DNA of 64,000 nt from Octopus vulgaris (taxonomy: Eukaryota). The notes under the pieces are model-generated. The model was not told where the DNA came from, made no database searches, and was given only the letters and a program-made list of their open reading frames with translations. The position numbers and the translations under genes are program-made. Numbering within the stretch: position 1 is the first letter of the stretch; every line of letters begins with the position of its first letter. Positions 61,958-64,000 of this stretch are shown here, piece after piece. Where the stretch lies: assembly GCA_951406725.2 (NCBI GenBank), contig OX597824.1, positions 46,748,001 to 46,812,000 on the forward strand, written 5' to 3'.

Positions 61958-61992
61958 GTTTGACGTTTCGAGCGGAGCTCTTCGTCGGAAAC
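61958..61992 (-). ncRNA. Minimal type-I hammerhead ribozyme motif (U4C variant) in a Penelope-like terminal repeat
   Basis: Minus strand gttt-CCGACGA-a-gagc-tcc-gctc-GAAAC-GTC-aaac: stem I gttt/aaac, stem II gagc/gctc, canonical GUC cleavage triplet. Confidence 0.65.
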
Positions 61993-62079
61993 ATAGGAGA
62001 AAGAAACATCCTAAGACGGGAGGACAGAGGAAAAAAAATTGCAGGTAGTCTACACGAGGTCATATCTATCTGTCCATCG

Positions 62080-62160
<81 letters not shown>

Positions 62161-62304
62161 TCTATTTGTCTATCCATCTATCTCTTTAATGTATGTGTGT
62201 GTTTGTACATATATACTTATGATTGATTGATTGATTCTAGTTTCAGCCCATGAGCTGTGGCCATGCTGGGGCACCGCCATTTATATGTACATAAATATAT
62301 GTAC

Positions 62305-62335
<31 letters not shown>

Positions 62336-62672
62336 TGTATGTATGTATGTATGTATGTATGTATATGCATATGTATAACAGGGTAAGAAGCTTGCTTCCC
62401 AACTACATGGATCTGGATTCAGTCTCACTGCATGGCAACATTGAGTGTCTTCTACGATAGCTTCGAGCCGACCAAAGCTTTGTGAATGGATTTGATAGAT
62501 GGAAACGGATATATGTATATATTCATATACCTATGTGTGTGTGTCTTTGTGTCTGTATTTGTCCCCCACCCCTCCCCCACCGCTTGGCAACCGATCTTAG
62601 TGTATTTACGTTCTCGTAACTTAGCAGTTCGGCAAAAAGGACCGATAAAATAAGAACAAAGTTTTAAAAAAT

Positions 62673-62720
<48 letters not shown>

Positions 62721-64000
62721 TGTTGAAGTGACAATGGCTTGGGGAGGCAATAAGGAGAGGACGCCCTAAAGAGCGAGTTTAAAATATTTAGGATTATATA
62801 AGTGGATCAGAAGAAGTACAAGTGTGTCAGAGTCGCGTTTATTAAAGCAATGTTATAGGATTGTTGTTGTATGCAGATGCCGTATCTGTTAGACATTGAA
62901 CTTTGGAAAAAAATTTTTTTACAGATTGGAGTTAGAAGCAGAAATATACTCCCTCGTGCTTATAGACATATCTATGAAACCAAAGCAAAGAGAATAGACA
63001 TATCTATGAAACCAAAGCTAAGAGTAAAGAAAAGATGTTAAATCAATAAATGAAGCAAAATATCTTCTGCATAATTTGAGTAAATTTAGCTGCAATCAAG
63101 TTTGTCGTGGTTGTTATATGTTCAAAGCTGAAAAACAGAGAGCTACAGCGAGGGGAAAAAAGATAGGAATTTCTTGGTAGCATGAAGTAAAAAAAAAAAA
63201 AGAGAAAATAACAAAGAAAGGTTTGAAAGCCGAAAAGAAGGGAAAAAGAATAAGGAAAAAATTAATATAGGAATAAAGTATGAAATATATAAAAGTAATG
63301 AAACAGTTAGGTTTGTATACAAATCAGAGGTTTTTGTAGTGCAATTAAGATATTTTTTTGTTGAGAGTATGCTAGCTTAAGCAATAACGTACAAAGTTAA
63401 TAATTTCATTGATAGAAAAGATGTGTATAACATTTATAAAGTATATACAAACGTGGAACGGCACTAGCTGTAAGATCTCTAGATTGGAGCAAGCATTTTT
63501 CGGTTTGGGTCAGAACGTTCGGTGAAGAGCATAGGTCAGATCGAAACATCGTGTGTGGTGACCCACAAATCCTGTGCTTGTAACATACAAGTATCGTTGT
63601 GAAGTTTCTCTGCAGCAAAATATTATAGCTTGTGCATTTCCACGGTTTGTATAGCACCATAAATATTATACACATGGATATTTTATACAGGTGCGGTTTC
63701 AAAAGCAAATATCAATTTGATATTCAGACATAAAGGATGTGAGGGTGCATGTCCTAGTGATTAGGGATGTACAGCTCACGATTATTATGTCGTGGTTCAG
63801 ATTCATGGAGCGGGCGGCCAGCTTTCTCTTTGAGCAAAGCACCTTATTCCATGTTGCTCAAATCTACTTAGCTGAAAATGAGTACTAGCCTAGTGCTGAT
63901 GCCGTTCTCTCTGCCTCCTTTTGTCGCATTCTGAATGTGCCACCTGATCAAAAGATGGGACGACGGTTGAGATGGTGGCTATAATTGCTCGCGAACGAAA

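Noticed and set aside
63406-63708. 100-aa ORF and a GTGAAGA...GAAAC motif
   Set aside because: No recognisable domain or splice support. The motif lacks 3-8 pairing and stems.

Overview
AT-rich, microsatellite-dense animal genomic DNA. The repeat families look like octopus (coleoid cephalopod), which is an inference. Two spliced genes can be built on the minus strand. The first is the 5' part of a CFAP92/KIAA1257-like (DUF4550) ciliary gene: at least 6 phase-compatible exons at 34881-12593, continuing past the window start, with a near-perfect RFX X-box about 6 kb upstream. The second is a complete 3-exon, 318-aa secreted protein with several chitin-binding type-2 (peritrophin-A) domains at 60366-46521. 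The remainder is mostly transposable elements: RTE, BovB-like and R4/Dong-like LINEs, Penelope-like remnants, tRNA-derived SINEs, hAT and piggyBac-type MITEs, and a mariner fragment. Two signals stand out. (a) A fold-back repeat at ~4514-4789 whose arm mismatches are almost all G:T on the + strand, suggesting strand-specific A>G (ADAR-like) hypermutation fixed in DNA. (b) Several minimal hammerhead-ribozyme motifs in Penelope-like repeats that together show C3-G8, G3-C8 and U3-A8 core variants. Most ORFs in the supplied track are microsatellite artefacts. All alignments and counts were done by eye.
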